A stretch of 64,000 nucleotides of DNA from Candidatus Micrarchaeota archaeon (GCA_021817325.1 JAKAVK010000007.1:116-64115), one strand, 5' to 3'. Counted from the stretch's first letter, positions 48,046-58,260 are shown. A program made the numbers and translations. Notes: a model not told the origin generated them from the sequence alone.

Positions 48046-48124
48046 AGTAAGGGATTTCAAAGCCCATTAGAAAACATTAAATGCATCGTTGAGGGGTTAC
48101 TTGAATTTCCTCGAAATTAATATA

Positions 48125-48196
48125 AGCCCCAAGAGGGGATCGAACCCTCGACTTCCAGTTTACAAAACTGGCGCTCTACCACTGAGCTACTGGGGC
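48125..48196 (-). tRNA. tRNA-Thr(UGU)
   Basis: Reverse complement GCCCCAGTAGCTCAGTGGTAGAGCGCCAGTTTTGTAAACTGGAAGTCGAGGGTTCGATCCCCTCTTGGGGCT; no intron, CCA not encoded. Confidence 0.97.
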
Positions 48197-48370
48197 ATGT
48201 ACAAGGAATAACTTCTGGATTTATCTATAAAAAGGTATCCAGAACTGCGTTCGGCGAATCCGCCCTGTGCATGCGGCTTTTCTCTCCAGCATTCCCGGAT
48301 ATGGGATGCGCCTGCTAAATTATTAAAGCTTAAAATCCTAAATAGACACTGGAAATCCTGGGCGATTACA

Positions 48371-50311
48371 ATGGGGTTTAAAATAAAGTCGCACTTCAAG
48401 GCCTCTCCCGGCCAGCAGCAGGCGATAGATCGGCTGGCCGTGGGGTTTAAGAAGTACGACAAGCAGACCCTGCTTGGCATAACTGGCAGCGGAAAGACGT
48501 TCGTGATGGCAAATGTCATCGAATGCCTCCAGAAGCCGACGCTCATAATAGCGCACAACAAGACGCTGGCAGCGCAGCTTTACACAGAGCTTCAGGAGTT
48601 CTTTCCAGAGAACAGGGTAGAGTACTTCGTGTCTTACTATGACTACTACCAGCCTGAGTCATACATCCCTACCACCGACACCTATATAGAGAAGGACTCT
48701 TCAATCAACGAGCAGATAGACAGGATGCGGCTGCATGCGGTTTCAAGCCTCATAAGCCGGAAGGACACCATAGTTGTCGCGAGCATAAGCTGCATATACG
48801 GAATAGGAAATCCAGCTGATTTCAGGGGGATGTCGCTTGACCTGAGAGCCGGAAAACCAGCGACCAGGCAGGACATCCTGCGCGCTCTTGTTGAGATCCA
48901 GTACAAGAGAAGCAACCAGAGCATCGAGCCCGGGGATTTCAGGGTGCGCGGAGACACTATAGACGTGGTGCCGGCATACGAGAACCACATAATGCGCATA
49001 GAGCTGGACGGCCGGAGGATAGGTAGCATAAAGGAGATAGATCCAATCACAGGCGACATGGTAACCAAGATAGATTCCGTTGTGATATATCCTGCGCGCC
49101 AGTTCGTCGTGCCGCAGGAGAAGCAGCAGGCAGCAATCGAGTCGATAAAAAGAGAGCTGCAGCAGCAGCTCCCAAGGCTCGGAGAGCTCGAGGCCCAGAG
49201 ACTGGAGAAGAGGGTAAGGTACGATATAGAAATGATAAACGAGATGGGCTATACGAACGGAATCGAGAATTACAGCAGGCATTTTGACGGAAGGGCGTCG
49301 GGCGAGCCGCCGTACGTCCTGATAGATTATTTCCCGGACGATTTCCTCACCATAATAGACGAAAGCCACCAGACGATTCCGCAGGCAAGAGCAATGTATA
49401 ATGGGGATCGAATGCGCAAGAAGAACCTTGTGGATTTCGGTTTTAGGCTCCCAAGTGCATTCGACAACAGGCCGCTCAAGTTCGACGAATTCGAGTCCAA
49501 GCTCGGGACGACCCTCTTTGTGTCCGCGACCCCGGCTGAGTACGAGCTCTCAAAGAGCGGCCAGAAGGTGGACCTCATCACAAGGCCGACAGGCCTCTTG
49601 GATCCTGTCGTAGAGGTAAGGCCGATGGAGGGGCAGATGAAATACCTGATGGAACAGGCAAGGCAGACGATAGGCAAGGGCAACCGGATCCTGATAACAA
49701 CCCTGACAAAGAAATCCGCAGAGGATCTCACCGACTTCCTTGCCAAGGAAGGGTTCAGGGTAAGATATCTTCACAGCGAGATAGAGAGCCTGGATAGGAT
49801 AGAGCTGATACGCCAGCTGCGTGCAGGCGAATTCGACATCCTGGTGGGAATAAACCTGCTACGTGAGGGCCTTGACATACCAGAGGTGAGCACAATCTTC
49901 ATACTCGACGCTGACAAGGAGGGATTCCTCAGGGACGAGAGGAGCCTGATACAGACGATAGGCAGGGCTGCCAGGAACGTCGACGGTCGCGTCATACTCT
50001 TCGCAGACGTGATGACAAGGTCGATAAATGCCGCTGTGCGCATAACAGGGCAGAGAAGGCTTGCGCAGATGAGGTATAACAGGAAGTACGGCATAACACC
50101 AAAGACGATAGTCAAGGGAATAGGACAGAAGAGAACCGCAATCAGGGGGATAAGGCACCTTGGCAGGTCTGACATACAAAAGGAGATAGCCAGGATGGAC
50201 GCCCAGATGAAGCGGTTCGCGGAGAACCTTGACTTTGAAAAGGCAATAGAGATGAGGGATATGATAGAGGAGATGAAGCAGATGGCTGCGGTGCAGGAGA
50301 ATGCGAGATAA
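48371..50311 (+). CDS. uvrB: Excinuclease ABC subunit B
   Basis: GITGSGKT, HNKTLAAQL, YYDYYQPE beta-hairpin, DESH and GRAARN motifs. Confidence 0.98.
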   Translation: MGFKIKSHFKASPGQQQAIDRLAVGFKKYDKQTLLGITGSGKTFVMANVIECLQKPTLIIAHNKTLAAQLYTELQEFFPENRVEYFVSYYDYYQPESYIPTTDTYIEKDSSINEQIDRMRLHAVSSLISRKDTIVVASISCIYGIGNPADFRGMSLDLRAGKPATRQDILRALVEIQYKRSNQSIEPGDFRVRGDTIDVVPAYENHIMRIELDGRRIGSIKEIDPITGDMVTKIDSVVIYPARQFVVPQEKQQAAIESIKRELQQQLPRLGELEAQRLEKRVRYDIEMINEMGYTNGIENYSRHFDGRASGEPPYVLIDYFPDDFLTIIDESHQTIPQARAMYNGDRMRKKNLVDFGFRLPSAFDNRPLKFDEFESKLGTTLFVSATPAEYELSKSGQKVDLITRPTGLLDPVVEVRPMEGQMKYLMEQARQTIGKGNRILITTLTKKSAEDLTDFLAKEGFRVRYLHSEIESLDRIELIRQLRAGEFDILVGINLLREGLDIPEVSTIFILDADKEGFLRDERSLIQTIGRAARNVDGRVILFADVMTRSINAAVRITGQRRLAQMRYNRKYGITPKTIVKGIGQKRTAIRGIRHLGRSDIQKEIARMDAQMKRFAENLDFEKAIEMRDMIEEMKQMAAVQENAR

Positions 50312-53153
50312 CATATTCATAAAAGGGGCGAGGGAGCACAACCTCAAGAACATAGACGTGGAGCTGCCCAGGAACAGGCTCATAGTCATAACCGGTCTTT
50401 CCGGCTCAGGCAAGTCAACCCTCGCGTTCGATACCATCTATGCCGAGGGCCAGAGAAGATATGTCGAGAGCCTTTCCGCATACGCAAGGCAGTTCCTCGG
50501 GCTCATGGACAAGCCTGATGTGGATAGCATAGAGGGCCTCTCGCCGGCGATCAGCATAGAGCAGAAGACCACGAACAAGAATCCGCGTTCGACAGTAGGC
50601 ACAGTCACCGAGATCTATGATTACCTAAGGCTCCTGTATGCCAGGGTAGGGACGCATCACTGTCCAAGGTGCAACAGCGCAATAAAACCACAGAGCGCAG
50701 AGAACATAACAAGCCTTGTGATGGCATCAGAGGGCGAGACGCTCATATTCCTGGCCCCAATACTAAGGGGTCAGAAAGGAACACACGAGCAAGTGGTTTC
50801 AGATTTGAAGAAGCAGGGATTCTCAAAAATCAGGATCGACCAAAAGATATACTCCTCAGATACGGTAAGCGGCGAGGCAAAACTTGCAAGATATGAGAAG
50901 CATTGGATCGAAGCGGTAATAGATACGATCAAGATATCGGACGGTGAGAGGTCCAGGATCGCCGAGGCCGTGGAGCAGGCCCTTCTCGTTGGAAAAGGGA
51001 AGATGATTGTCATAGGCAAGAAGGCCGACAGCATAAAGAAAAAGGAACTCGACAGATTCTCCGGCGAGACAGCCTACAGCACTTTCGGTGCATGCCCAAA
51101 ACACCCTGAGATAGTCTTCGAGAGCCTGGAGCCTAGGATGTTCTCATTCAACAGTCCATTCGGTGCCTGCCCCGCATGCCACGGCCTGGGCGAGATAACA
51201 GAGCTATCTACAGATCTTCTCATACCGGATCCATCAAAATCGATAATGGACGGCGCCATTGCCATATACGGCAGATTTGACCTCGGCTGGCGCGCACAGC
51301 AGATTGCAGAGGCCGGCAAGAGGCACGGCTTTGACGTGTGGACCCCGATAAAGAACCTTAGCAAGAAGCAGCTTGATGTCATACTCTACGGGGACAGGGA
51401 GCCTGAGGCGGACGCCCCTAGAAGATGGCATAACAGGGGCAGCGGGTTTGAGGGCGTCATACCACAAACGATGCGGTTATACAAGGACACGGAGAGCGAG
51501 TGGAGAAAGGAGGAGATAGAGAAATTCATGAAGTCCGATCCGTGCACAACATGCAGCGGAAAGAAGCTCAAGCCGGTAGTCCTCGCAGTAAAAATACAGG
51601 GCAAGAGCATAATCGACGCGACCGACCTCAGCATAGAGCAGTCAATAGAATTCTTTGGCAGCCTTCCTTCAAAACTATCCGAAAATGAGCTCACCATAGC
51701 AAAGCCCATCCTTAAGGAGATCAATGAGAGACTCGAATTCCTGAAGAATGTCGGACTCGCCTACCTCTCCCTGTCCAGGAGCGCAAAGACACTCTCAGGA
51801 GGAGAAGCACAAAGGATTCGCCTTGCCACGCAGATAGGCAGCAACCTCATGGGTGTATTATACATCCTGGATGAGCCCAGCATAGGCCTTCACCAGCGGG
51901 ATAATGCAAAACTAATCGGGACCCTGCACGGGCTGCGCGATATTGGAAACACACTGATCGTAGTGGAGCACGACTTCGATACCATAATGGCCGCGGACTA
52001 CATAGTGGACATGGGCCCTGGAGCGGGGGTCCATGGCGGCCACATCATTGCGCAGGGGACTCCCAAGGAGATAGCTGCAAACAAAAAGAGCCTGACAGGA
52101 ATGTATCTCTCAGGCGAGTTGAAAATAGAGATCCCAAAGTCCCGCAGAAAGCCGATGGGTTACATGCAGCTAAAAGGCGCTAAGGAGAACAATCTGAAGA
52201 ACATCTCAATAGATCTGCCGCTTGGCGTGCTGTGCGGAATAACCGGCGTATCGGGGTCTGGCAAGAGCACGCTGATGAACCAGACCGTGATGCCCTTGCT
52301 AAAGAAGAAGTTTGGCGAGCAGACAGAGAAGACAGGGAGCTACTCCCGCTTCGACGTTCCAAAGGCGGTGCAGAATGTGATAGTCATAGATCAGGATCCG
52401 ATAGGCCGCACCCCGAGGAGCAACCCTGCAACATACACCAAGCTATTTGACGATGTGCGTAGGATATTTGCTTCCACCAGGGAGGCCCAGGTGAAGGGAT
52501 ACGACGAGGGCCGGTTTTCGTTCAATGTAAAGGGAGGCAGGTGCGAAACGTGCCAGGGGGATGGAGTGCTGAAGATAGAGATGAATTTCCTACCTGATGT
52601 CTATGTCCAGTGCAACGACTGCCACGGCAAGAGATACAACAAGGAGACGCTTGCGGTGCTCTATAAGGGCAAGAACATCTCAGAGGTGCTTAACATGGAG
52701 GTTGAAGAGGCGCATAGCTTCTTCCAGAACATTCCCTCTGTGGAAAGAAAGCTTGGGACCCTGCTGGACGTGGGTTTGGGGTACATAAAGTTGGGGCAGA
52801 GCGCAACAACGCTTTCCGGAGGCGAGAGCCAGAGGGTGAAGATATCCAGGGAGCTTAGCAAGAGCAAGCATGGGCATGTGGTCTACATGCTAGATGAACC
52901 TACCACAGGGCTGCATTTTGACGATACTAAGAAACTGATAGACGTGCTGAACAATCTCGTCCAGAAGGGAAACACGGTCTTCGTGATAGAACACAATCTG
53001 GACGTAATCAAGTGCTGCGACTACGTCATCGACCTTGGGCCTGAGGGCGGCGAGGCAGGCGGAAGAGTCGTTGCGACAGGCACGCCAGAGGAAATAACGC
53101 AGGCAACGGAATCATACACAGGGCAATTCCTGGGCCCCATCCTGAAGAGGTAA
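50301..53153 (+). CDS. uvrA: Excinuclease ABC subunit A
   Basis: GAREHNLKN, two ABC modules (GLSGSGKS, GVSGSGKS, LSGGE) and Zn fingers. Confidence 0.98.
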   Translation: MRDNIFIKGAREHNLKNIDVELPRNRLIVITGLSGSGKSTLAFDTIYAEGQRRYVESLSAYARQFLGLMDKPDVDSIEGLSPAISIEQKTTNKNPRSTVGTVTEIYDYLRLLYARVGTHHCPRCNSAIKPQSAENITSLVMASEGETLIFLAPILRGQKGTHEQVVSDLKKQGFSKIRIDQKIYSSDTVSGEAKLARYEKHWIEAVIDTIKISDGERSRIAEAVEQALLVGKGKMIVIGKKADSIKKKELDRFSGETAYSTFGACPKHPEIVFESLEPRMFSFNSPFGACPACHGLGEITELSTDLLIPDPSKSIMDGAIAIYGRFDLGWRAQQIAEAGKRHGFDVWTPIKNLSKKQLDVILYGDREPEADAPRRWHNRGSGFEGVIPQTMRLYKDTESEWRKEEIEKFMKSDPCTTCSGKKLKPVVLAVKIQGKSIIDATDLSIEQSIEFFGSLPSKLSENELTIAKPILKEINERLEFLKNVGLAYLSLSRSAKTLSGGEAQRIRLATQIGSNLMGVLYILDEPSIGLHQRDNAKLIGTLHGLRDIGNTLIVVEHDFDTIMAADYIVDMGPGAGVHGGHIIAQGTPKEIAANKKSLTGMYLSGELKIEIPKSRRKPMGYMQLKGAKENNLKNISIDLPLGVLCGITGVSGSGKSTLMNQTVMPLLKKKFGEQTEKTGSYSRFDVPKAVQNVIVIDQDPIGRTPRSNPATYTKLFDDVRRIFASTREAQVKGYDEGRFSFNVKGGRCETCQGDGVLKIEMNFLPDVYVQCNDCHGKRYNKETLAVLYKGKNISEVLNMEVEEAHSFFQNIPSVERKLGTLLDVGLGYIKLGQSATTLSGGESQRVKISRELSKSKHGHVVYMLDEPTTGLHFDDTKKLIDVLNNLVQKGNTVFVIEHNLDVIKCCDYVIDLGPEGGEAGGRVVATGTPEEITQATESYTGQFLGPILKR

Positions 53154-53157
53154 TGCC

Positions 53158-54762
53158 ATGATGCACATAAGCGGGGCTGTGGAGTTTGACCCTGCCAAGG
53201 TGCCTACTGATCCTGGCGTCTACCTGTTCAGGGACCGGGACAATACGATAATCTATTGCGGCAAGGCAAAGAACCTAAGACACAGGGTCAGTAGCTATTT
53301 CTCAGCTCCCCAGAGGCTTCAGATAAAGACAAGGCACCTGGTGTCGAACATAAGAGACATCGACTGGATAGTTGTGCACAGCGAGGTTGAGGCGCTGCTT
53401 CTTGAGAACAAGATGATCAAGCAGCATGCACCAAAGTACAACATAAGCCTTAAGGATGCGAAGACATTTGCGTATATTGCAATTACAAAGGACGCGTTTC
53501 CTAGGATATTCTCGAGCAGAAAGACGGGTGCAGGGTTTGAATCGTTTGGACCATATACGGATTCGGGAAAGAGGAGGGAGATACAACGCCTGGCAGTCAG
53601 CATATTCAAGCTGAGGACCTGCAGGACCATGCCGAAGAGGGCGTGCCTCAACTATCACATAGGCATCTGCACTGCGCCTTGCATAGGCAAGGTGAGCGAA
53701 GGAGAGTACCGCTCCCAAGTGGAAGGTGCGATGGCATTTCTAGGCGGCGACACCGCCCAGACAGTCAAGATGTTAAAACAGCAGATGGAGGAGGCCTCAA
53801 GCCAGGGAAGATATGAGCATGCGCTCGAACTGCGGAACAAGCTATACAGCATAGATGCGCTTTCAAGCAGGCAGATAGTCGACCACGAGAGGAATTATGA
53901 CCAGGATGTCTTGGCGTTCAGGAGGCTTGACGGCAGGGTTATCGCCGTGCAGATGGGGATCCGCAGGGGCGTCCTCCTAGGCAAGAAGGATTTCGACTTC
54001 GAGAACCAGGAAAACTTCGAACAGGAGTTTCTTAAGGCATTCTACTCGTCAAACCAGATCCCCCGTGAGATAATACTGGAAAAGGGGTGCTGGTCAGACG
54101 ACGAGGAAAAGGCCGCACTCGAGGAGTTTCTTGCGAGATTGCGCGGAGCCGCGGTATCAATAACAGTACCGGTCAAGGGGGAGAAGAAGGCGCTAATTGG
54201 CCTTGCCGCAAAGAACATAGAGGCAAATATGGGGCATGACGGTGCGCTAGTCGAATTGAAAGATGCGCTTAATCTGCCAACCGTCCCATCAGTGATAGAA
54301 TCATTCGACATATCGAATCTGGGCCATGAGCACATAGTCTCTGGCATGGTGCGTTTTGTCAACGCAAAGCCTGACAAGAGCGGTTACAGGAAATTCAGGA
54401 TGCGGACAGTAAAGAGCACAGACGACTTTGCAAGCATGAGGGAGGTCATATACAGAAGGTATAAACGGCTCCTCGAAGAGAAGGCCAACATGCCCGACCT
54501 GATACTGATAGACGGCGGAATGGAGCAGCTTGGCAGCGCTCTCCAGTCTCTAAGTTCACTCGGCCTTGCAATTCCTGCGATAGGACTTGCGAAGAAGCTT
54601 GAGGAGATATACCTTCCAAACGAGACTGTCCCAAGGAGGTTTGACAACAACAGCAGGATGATGCTCCTCATAAGGAGGATAAGGGATGCTACCCACGACT
54701 TCTCCATCCGATACAACAGGAAGAGAAGGCAGATGAAGATGAGGGATGAGTTCGAGGGCTGA
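53158..54762 (+). CDS. uvrC: Excinuclease ABC subunit C
   Basis: GIY-YIG (GVY...YCGKAKNL), Cys cluster, FDISN, DDF and LIDGG motifs; lacks the C-terminal HhH. Confidence 0.97.
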   Translation: MMHISGAVEFDPAKVPTDPGVYLFRDRDNTIIYCGKAKNLRHRVSSYFSAPQRLQIKTRHLVSNIRDIDWIVVHSEVEALLLENKMIKQHAPKYNISLKDAKTFAYIAITKDAFPRIFSSRKTGAGFESFGPYTDSGKRREIQRLAVSIFKLRTCRTMPKRACLNYHIGICTAPCIGKVSEGEYRSQVEGAMAFLGGDTAQTVKMLKQQMEEASSQGRYEHALELRNKLYSIDALSSRQIVDHERNYDQDVLAFRRLDGRVIAVQMGIRRGVLLGKKDFDFENQENFEQEFLKAFYSSNQIPREIILEKGCWSDDEEKAALEEFLARLRGAAVSITVPVKGEKKALIGLAAKNIEANMGHDGALVELKDALNLPTVPSVIESFDISNLGHEHIVSGMVRFVNAKPDKSGYRKFRMRTVKSTDDFASMREVIYRRYKRLLEEKANMPDLILIDGGMEQLGSALQSLSSLGLAIPAIGLAKKLEEIYLPNETVPRRFDNNSRMMLLIRRIRDATHDFSIRYNRKRRQMKMRDEFEG

Positions 54763-54890
54763 GAGCAGCACGGTTTAAGCATATATCTAGTGAGCCTTTC
54801 CAGCCCATTCTGCATCCCACTAACGCTTGGTTTGCAGTGGCGCTGTGCTCTATTTCCTTGCACCTGCTGTCTTGTTCTCAAGATAAATCC

Positions 54891-55192
54891 CTAACATTTC
54901 GGTAAAACCGTTACCGCGTAGTCTTTGCTTAGACACTCCTCCTCTCTATCGCTGTAATCGCCGCCTTCTTTGACAAATAGATAGCCCATGGATGTTTCTA
55001 TTTGCTTGTTGTTTCGCTTTAGGAATTCAAGCGTTAGCCTGAACAGGGGTATTGGTATGATTACGTATCCGGCGTGTTTGGTTTCCCGCTTTTTATAGCA
55101 AGTTCTCTTGTTTGGAAGCCAATCTCCTTGATATCGGGCCTTACTGCTTCTCCCACCCTGAGACCAAGCTGCGCTCGGTATGCGCAGAGCAT
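54891..55192 (-). pseudogene. Tyrosine recombinase/integrase remnant
   Basis: Manual translation MLCAYRAQLGLRVGEAVRPDIKEIGFQTRELAIKSGK (box I R..E plus Lys), then frameshifted VIIPIPLF...GYLF; box II missing. Confidence 0.75.
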
Positions 55193-55231
55193 CGAAGTTT
55201 AGGATTACATACTTGTATAGTGAATTTTGAG

Positions 55232-55306
55232 TGCTCCCAACGGGATTTGAACCCGTGTCGCAGGCGTGAGAGGCCTGCGTCCTTGACCGGACTAGACGAT
55301 AGGAGC
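55232..55306 (-). tRNA. tRNA-Glu(CUC)
   Basis: Reverse complement GCTCCTATCGTCTAGTCCGGTCAAGGACGCAGGCCTCTCACGCCTGCGACACGGGTTCAAATCCCGTTGGGAGCA. Confidence 0.97.
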
Positions 55307-55370
55307 ATAAGCATATATCTTTCTGATAACAGCTTTTTATACCTTCTTTGCGAGAGTGTAATGTGGTCTT

Positions 55371-56606
55371 GTGCTATCGGATAAATACACCCCGTATACC
55401 CTGAATGGCATAATAGGAAACAAGGCTGCGGTAGCGCGGGTGCAGCAGTTCGGGGCCGACTCCCAGTTGGGCAAGCATCCAAGGCCGATTATGATATACG
55501 GCCCGTCTGGCACAGGCAAGACGGTTGCAGCGCGTGCGCTGGCCTATATGAGTGGTTTTGAGATAATGGAGCTGAACTCCAGCGATTACAGGGACGTAGA
55601 GACGCTCACAAACAAGGTGCTCCCCGCAAGCAGGACCAAGGGCCTGTTCAGCAAACGCATACTGATCCTGTTCGATGAGATAGACGAGCTTTCCGGCAAG
55701 TTCGACTCGGGAGCCGAGCGGGTCATAAACCAGCTAGTCAGGGAGTCGAGGCATCCAATAATCTTCACCGCTAACGACTACTGGGACAGGAAGATAAGCT
55801 TCCTGAGGAACTCCGTAGACAAAGTCGAATTCAGGAAGATATCAAACGATACCCTCCTCGCTTATCTCAAGGGGATACTGGTGAAGGAGGGCAAGAGCGT
55901 CGACGAGCATACGCTTGCAGAGATAGCAAAGCGCAGTGACGGCGACGTGCGAGGCGCCCTCAACGACATGGAGCTCATGATAGATGCGCATCCGGACCTG
56001 ATGGAGTCTCTGGGCATGCGCAACAGGAAGATGCAGATCTTCGGGGTGCTGGACAGGATATTCTTCTCTTCGAGTTTCGAGTCAGCAAGGCTTGCGATAA
56101 CAAACAGCGACATAGACATGGGCATGCTGATAAACTGGATCGATGAGAACATACCAAACAGGTACAGGACCAAGAAGGAGATAATGGAGTCGTATGCTAA
56201 CCTCTCCAAGGCAAGCTCCCTATACGAGCGCGCATCAAGGATAAATTACTACGGGTACCTGCGCTACGCGTCTGTCATGCTCTCTTCCGGCGTCTCGCTC
56301 TCAAGCTCGGGAAATGCGAGCATGCTCACTCCATACAGCTTCCCCGCCAGGATACAGCACATGTCGCGCGTCAAGAAGGATAAGGGGGAGATGACTGCCA
56401 TAGCAATAAAGCTCACCCGCTACCTGCACTCCAATACGAAGGAGATAATCAGGACAACACTGCCGCTGATCAGCGCAATGATAGAGCAAGCGAAGAAGGA
56501 ACCAGGGGTAGACGTTCATGAGTTCATGCAAAGGGCATTCGCACTGGAGCCTGAAGAGACCGACGCGATAACAAAACACTTCAAGTTCAGCGGAATAGTA
56601 TCATGA
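55371..56606 (+). CDS. rfcL: Replication factor C large subunit
   Basis: KY.P..L, GPSGTGKT, ELNSSD.R, DEID, GD.R.A.ND and WIDEN motifs. Confidence 0.93.
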   Translation: MLSDKYTPYTLNGIIGNKAAVARVQQFGADSQLGKHPRPIMIYGPSGTGKTVAARALAYMSGFEIMELNSSDYRDVETLTNKVLPASRTKGLFSKRILILFDEIDELSGKFDSGAERVINQLVRESRHPIIFTANDYWDRKISFLRNSVDKVEFRKISNDTLLAYLKGILVKEGKSVDEHTLAEIAKRSDGDVRGALNDMELMIDAHPDLMESLGMRNRKMQIFGVLDRIFFSSSFESARLAITNSDIDMGMLINWIDENIPNRYRTKKEIMESYANLSKASSLYERASRINYYGYLRYASVMLSSGVSLSSSGNASMLTPYSFPARIQHMSRVKKDKGEMTAIAIKLTRYLHSNTKEIIRTTLPLISAMIEQAKKEPGVDVHEFMQRAFALEPEETDAITKHFKFSGIVS

Positions 56607-58247
56607 TTCGAAGGGCGAGAGATCGATCTCCAGCGCGCTGACCGGTTCCTCTATCCCAAATGCCCCGAGCACCGCGGGATGCACCTCGCCAAAGAAGCCT
56701 ATCTGGGCGTTTCCAAGGATTATCCTCGCGCACCTGCCCTCTATGAAACTGGCATGCTCTGCCTTCTCAACCTTGAAATCAAGCCTCATCATGTCGGCCA
56801 GCGCATCGACAACGGACTTTATGTGGTTGAAATTCATCTTCGCATCGCAAGCAACCGCAGCCAGGTGGTATGCCTCCTCCACTCCTGTTCCAACAATCCT
56901 GAAGGCCATGTCTAGCTCGAACATCCTCTGAGGCATTGGCTCGTGCTGAGAGCTGCCAATGTTCCTGAGGAGCGAAGGAAGAAGCCAGGTCCTTAGCATC
57001 GTGATCGCGTCCGACTTGGCGTTGCGTATCCTTACATAATTATTATCATTGTGCAGCCTCATCATTGTGAAGTTCAAGCCCTCGTTCGAGAGATAGGAAT
57101 CGACAGCCTCGGTGAACCCCAGGCCTATCATCGACTCCCCGATCCTGTCCCTGAACACTGTCGCGTTCTCAAGCTGCCCTGAGATGCCCGACTTTACCGG
57201 CATGGGTTGTATGTAATTATATCCGTATCCGACGGCTATATCCTCTATCACATCCTGCTCGTTTATTATGTCCATCCTATACTGGGGAACGTATACGCGT
57301 ACCTTTGTGTCTATGTATGAGGCCTCGTATCCCATCTTTTCGGCAAGGGAAGTGGCGTTATTGACGCCTATCTTCACGCCTATGGTGTTCTCTATCTTCC
57401 TTATCGGGATCATTATCTGCCTGCTCTCCATTGTCGGGGTATTGGAGGTCCTCTTGCCCTTTCCCACACTGACGCGGCTCACCTCTGCGCCAATGTCTAT
57501 AAAGAGGCATGCCAGCAGGTCAGCGCTTTTAAGGACCCCGTACTTTGACTTTCCATCCACGAAGACCAGCATACGCTTTGTCGAAACAGTCACTCTGCTC
57601 CTTTCAGAGTTGAGTATCGGTATCAGCGCAAGCACTCCCCTAGAGTCGCACAGTGCAGGATAGCCAAACTCTCCTCCGTCTATTGTGCCTGCATAACTCC
57701 TGCCCTTGTCTGTCGACTTGAGAATATCGCTGAAGTAGGCATCCGATTTGCCGTTGAGCGGCACATACTTCCTGTCATCGTACGCATCGTAATACAGTCC
57801 GCCTGCAGAATCGATCTTATCAAGATCGTGCATTCCTACTGCTATCTTCCTCCTGCCTCTGCCGTGCGTCTCGCAGAATTTCTCCACGCCATTGATTATG
57901 TCTGCAAGCGCCTTCTCGTCCAATTCAAGCCCTTCTGCCACAAAGGCGGATGCATAGGGTCTCACCTTTCCGATCCTCCTGCCGATAGCGACGCTCAATC
58001 CTGAATCCTTCTTTGCCTCATACCTGAACCGCTTGCTCCTGTGCATGAAATACCTCAGAGCGCGTGCAAAGCCCACGGCCATCAGCAGATCAGGCCTGTT
58101 CGAGGTGATCTCAATCGATATCTCTTCATCGCCAACCCTCTCAACCCCGAAGCCGAGCTTCTCTATGTCCTCAACCAGCCTGCCGTCATCAATTCCGCTG
58201 CCGACCAGGCCGAGAAGGTATTTCTTGTCAAATGTTGCTATGGGCAT
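56601..58247 (-). CDS. pheT: Phenylalanine--tRNA ligase beta subunit
   Basis: NRPDL, YR.DI....DV.ED.A..YGY, R..LLP.L and GEVHP motifs; start 58247 or 58256. Confidence 0.95.
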   Translation of the reverse strand: MPIATFDKKYLLGLVGSGIDDGRLVEDIEKLGFGVERVGDEEISIEITSNRPDLLMAVGFARALRYFMHRSKRFRYEAKKDSGLSVAIGRRIGKVRPYASAFVAEGLELDEKALADIINGVEKFCETHGRGRRKIAVGMHDLDKIDSAGGLYYDAYDDRKYVPLNGKSDAYFSDILKSTDKGRSYAGTIDGGEFGYPALCDSRGVLALIPILNSERSRVTVSTKRMLVFVDGKSKYGVLKSADLLACLFIDIGAEVSRVSVGKGKRTSNTPTMESRQIMIPIRKIENTIGVKIGVNNATSLAEKMGYEASYIDTKVRVYVPQYRMDIINEQDVIEDIAVGYGYNYIQPMPVKSGISGQLENATVFRDRIGESMIGLGFTEAVDSYLSNEGLNFTMMRLHNDNNYVRIRNAKSDAITMLRTWLLPSLLRNIGSSQHEPMPQRMFELDMAFRIVGTGVEEAYHLAAVACDAKMNFNHIKSVVDALADMMRLDFKVEKAEHASFIEGRCARIILGNAQIGFFGEVHPAVLGAFGIEEPVSALEIDLSPFES

Positions 58248-58260
58248 CCGCTTCACCGCC

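Larger units (their letters stand above)
46594..48124. mobile_element. Decayed low-GC insertion at the 3' end of tRNA-Thr
   Basis: Visibly AT-richer than the flanks; one intact gene plus interrupted ORFs; abuts the tRNA 3' end; no att duplication seen. Confidence 0.55.

Noticed and set aside
48059-48068. AAGCCC as an att duplication of the tRNA-Thr 3' end
   Set aside because: Only about 6 bp match, which is not significant.
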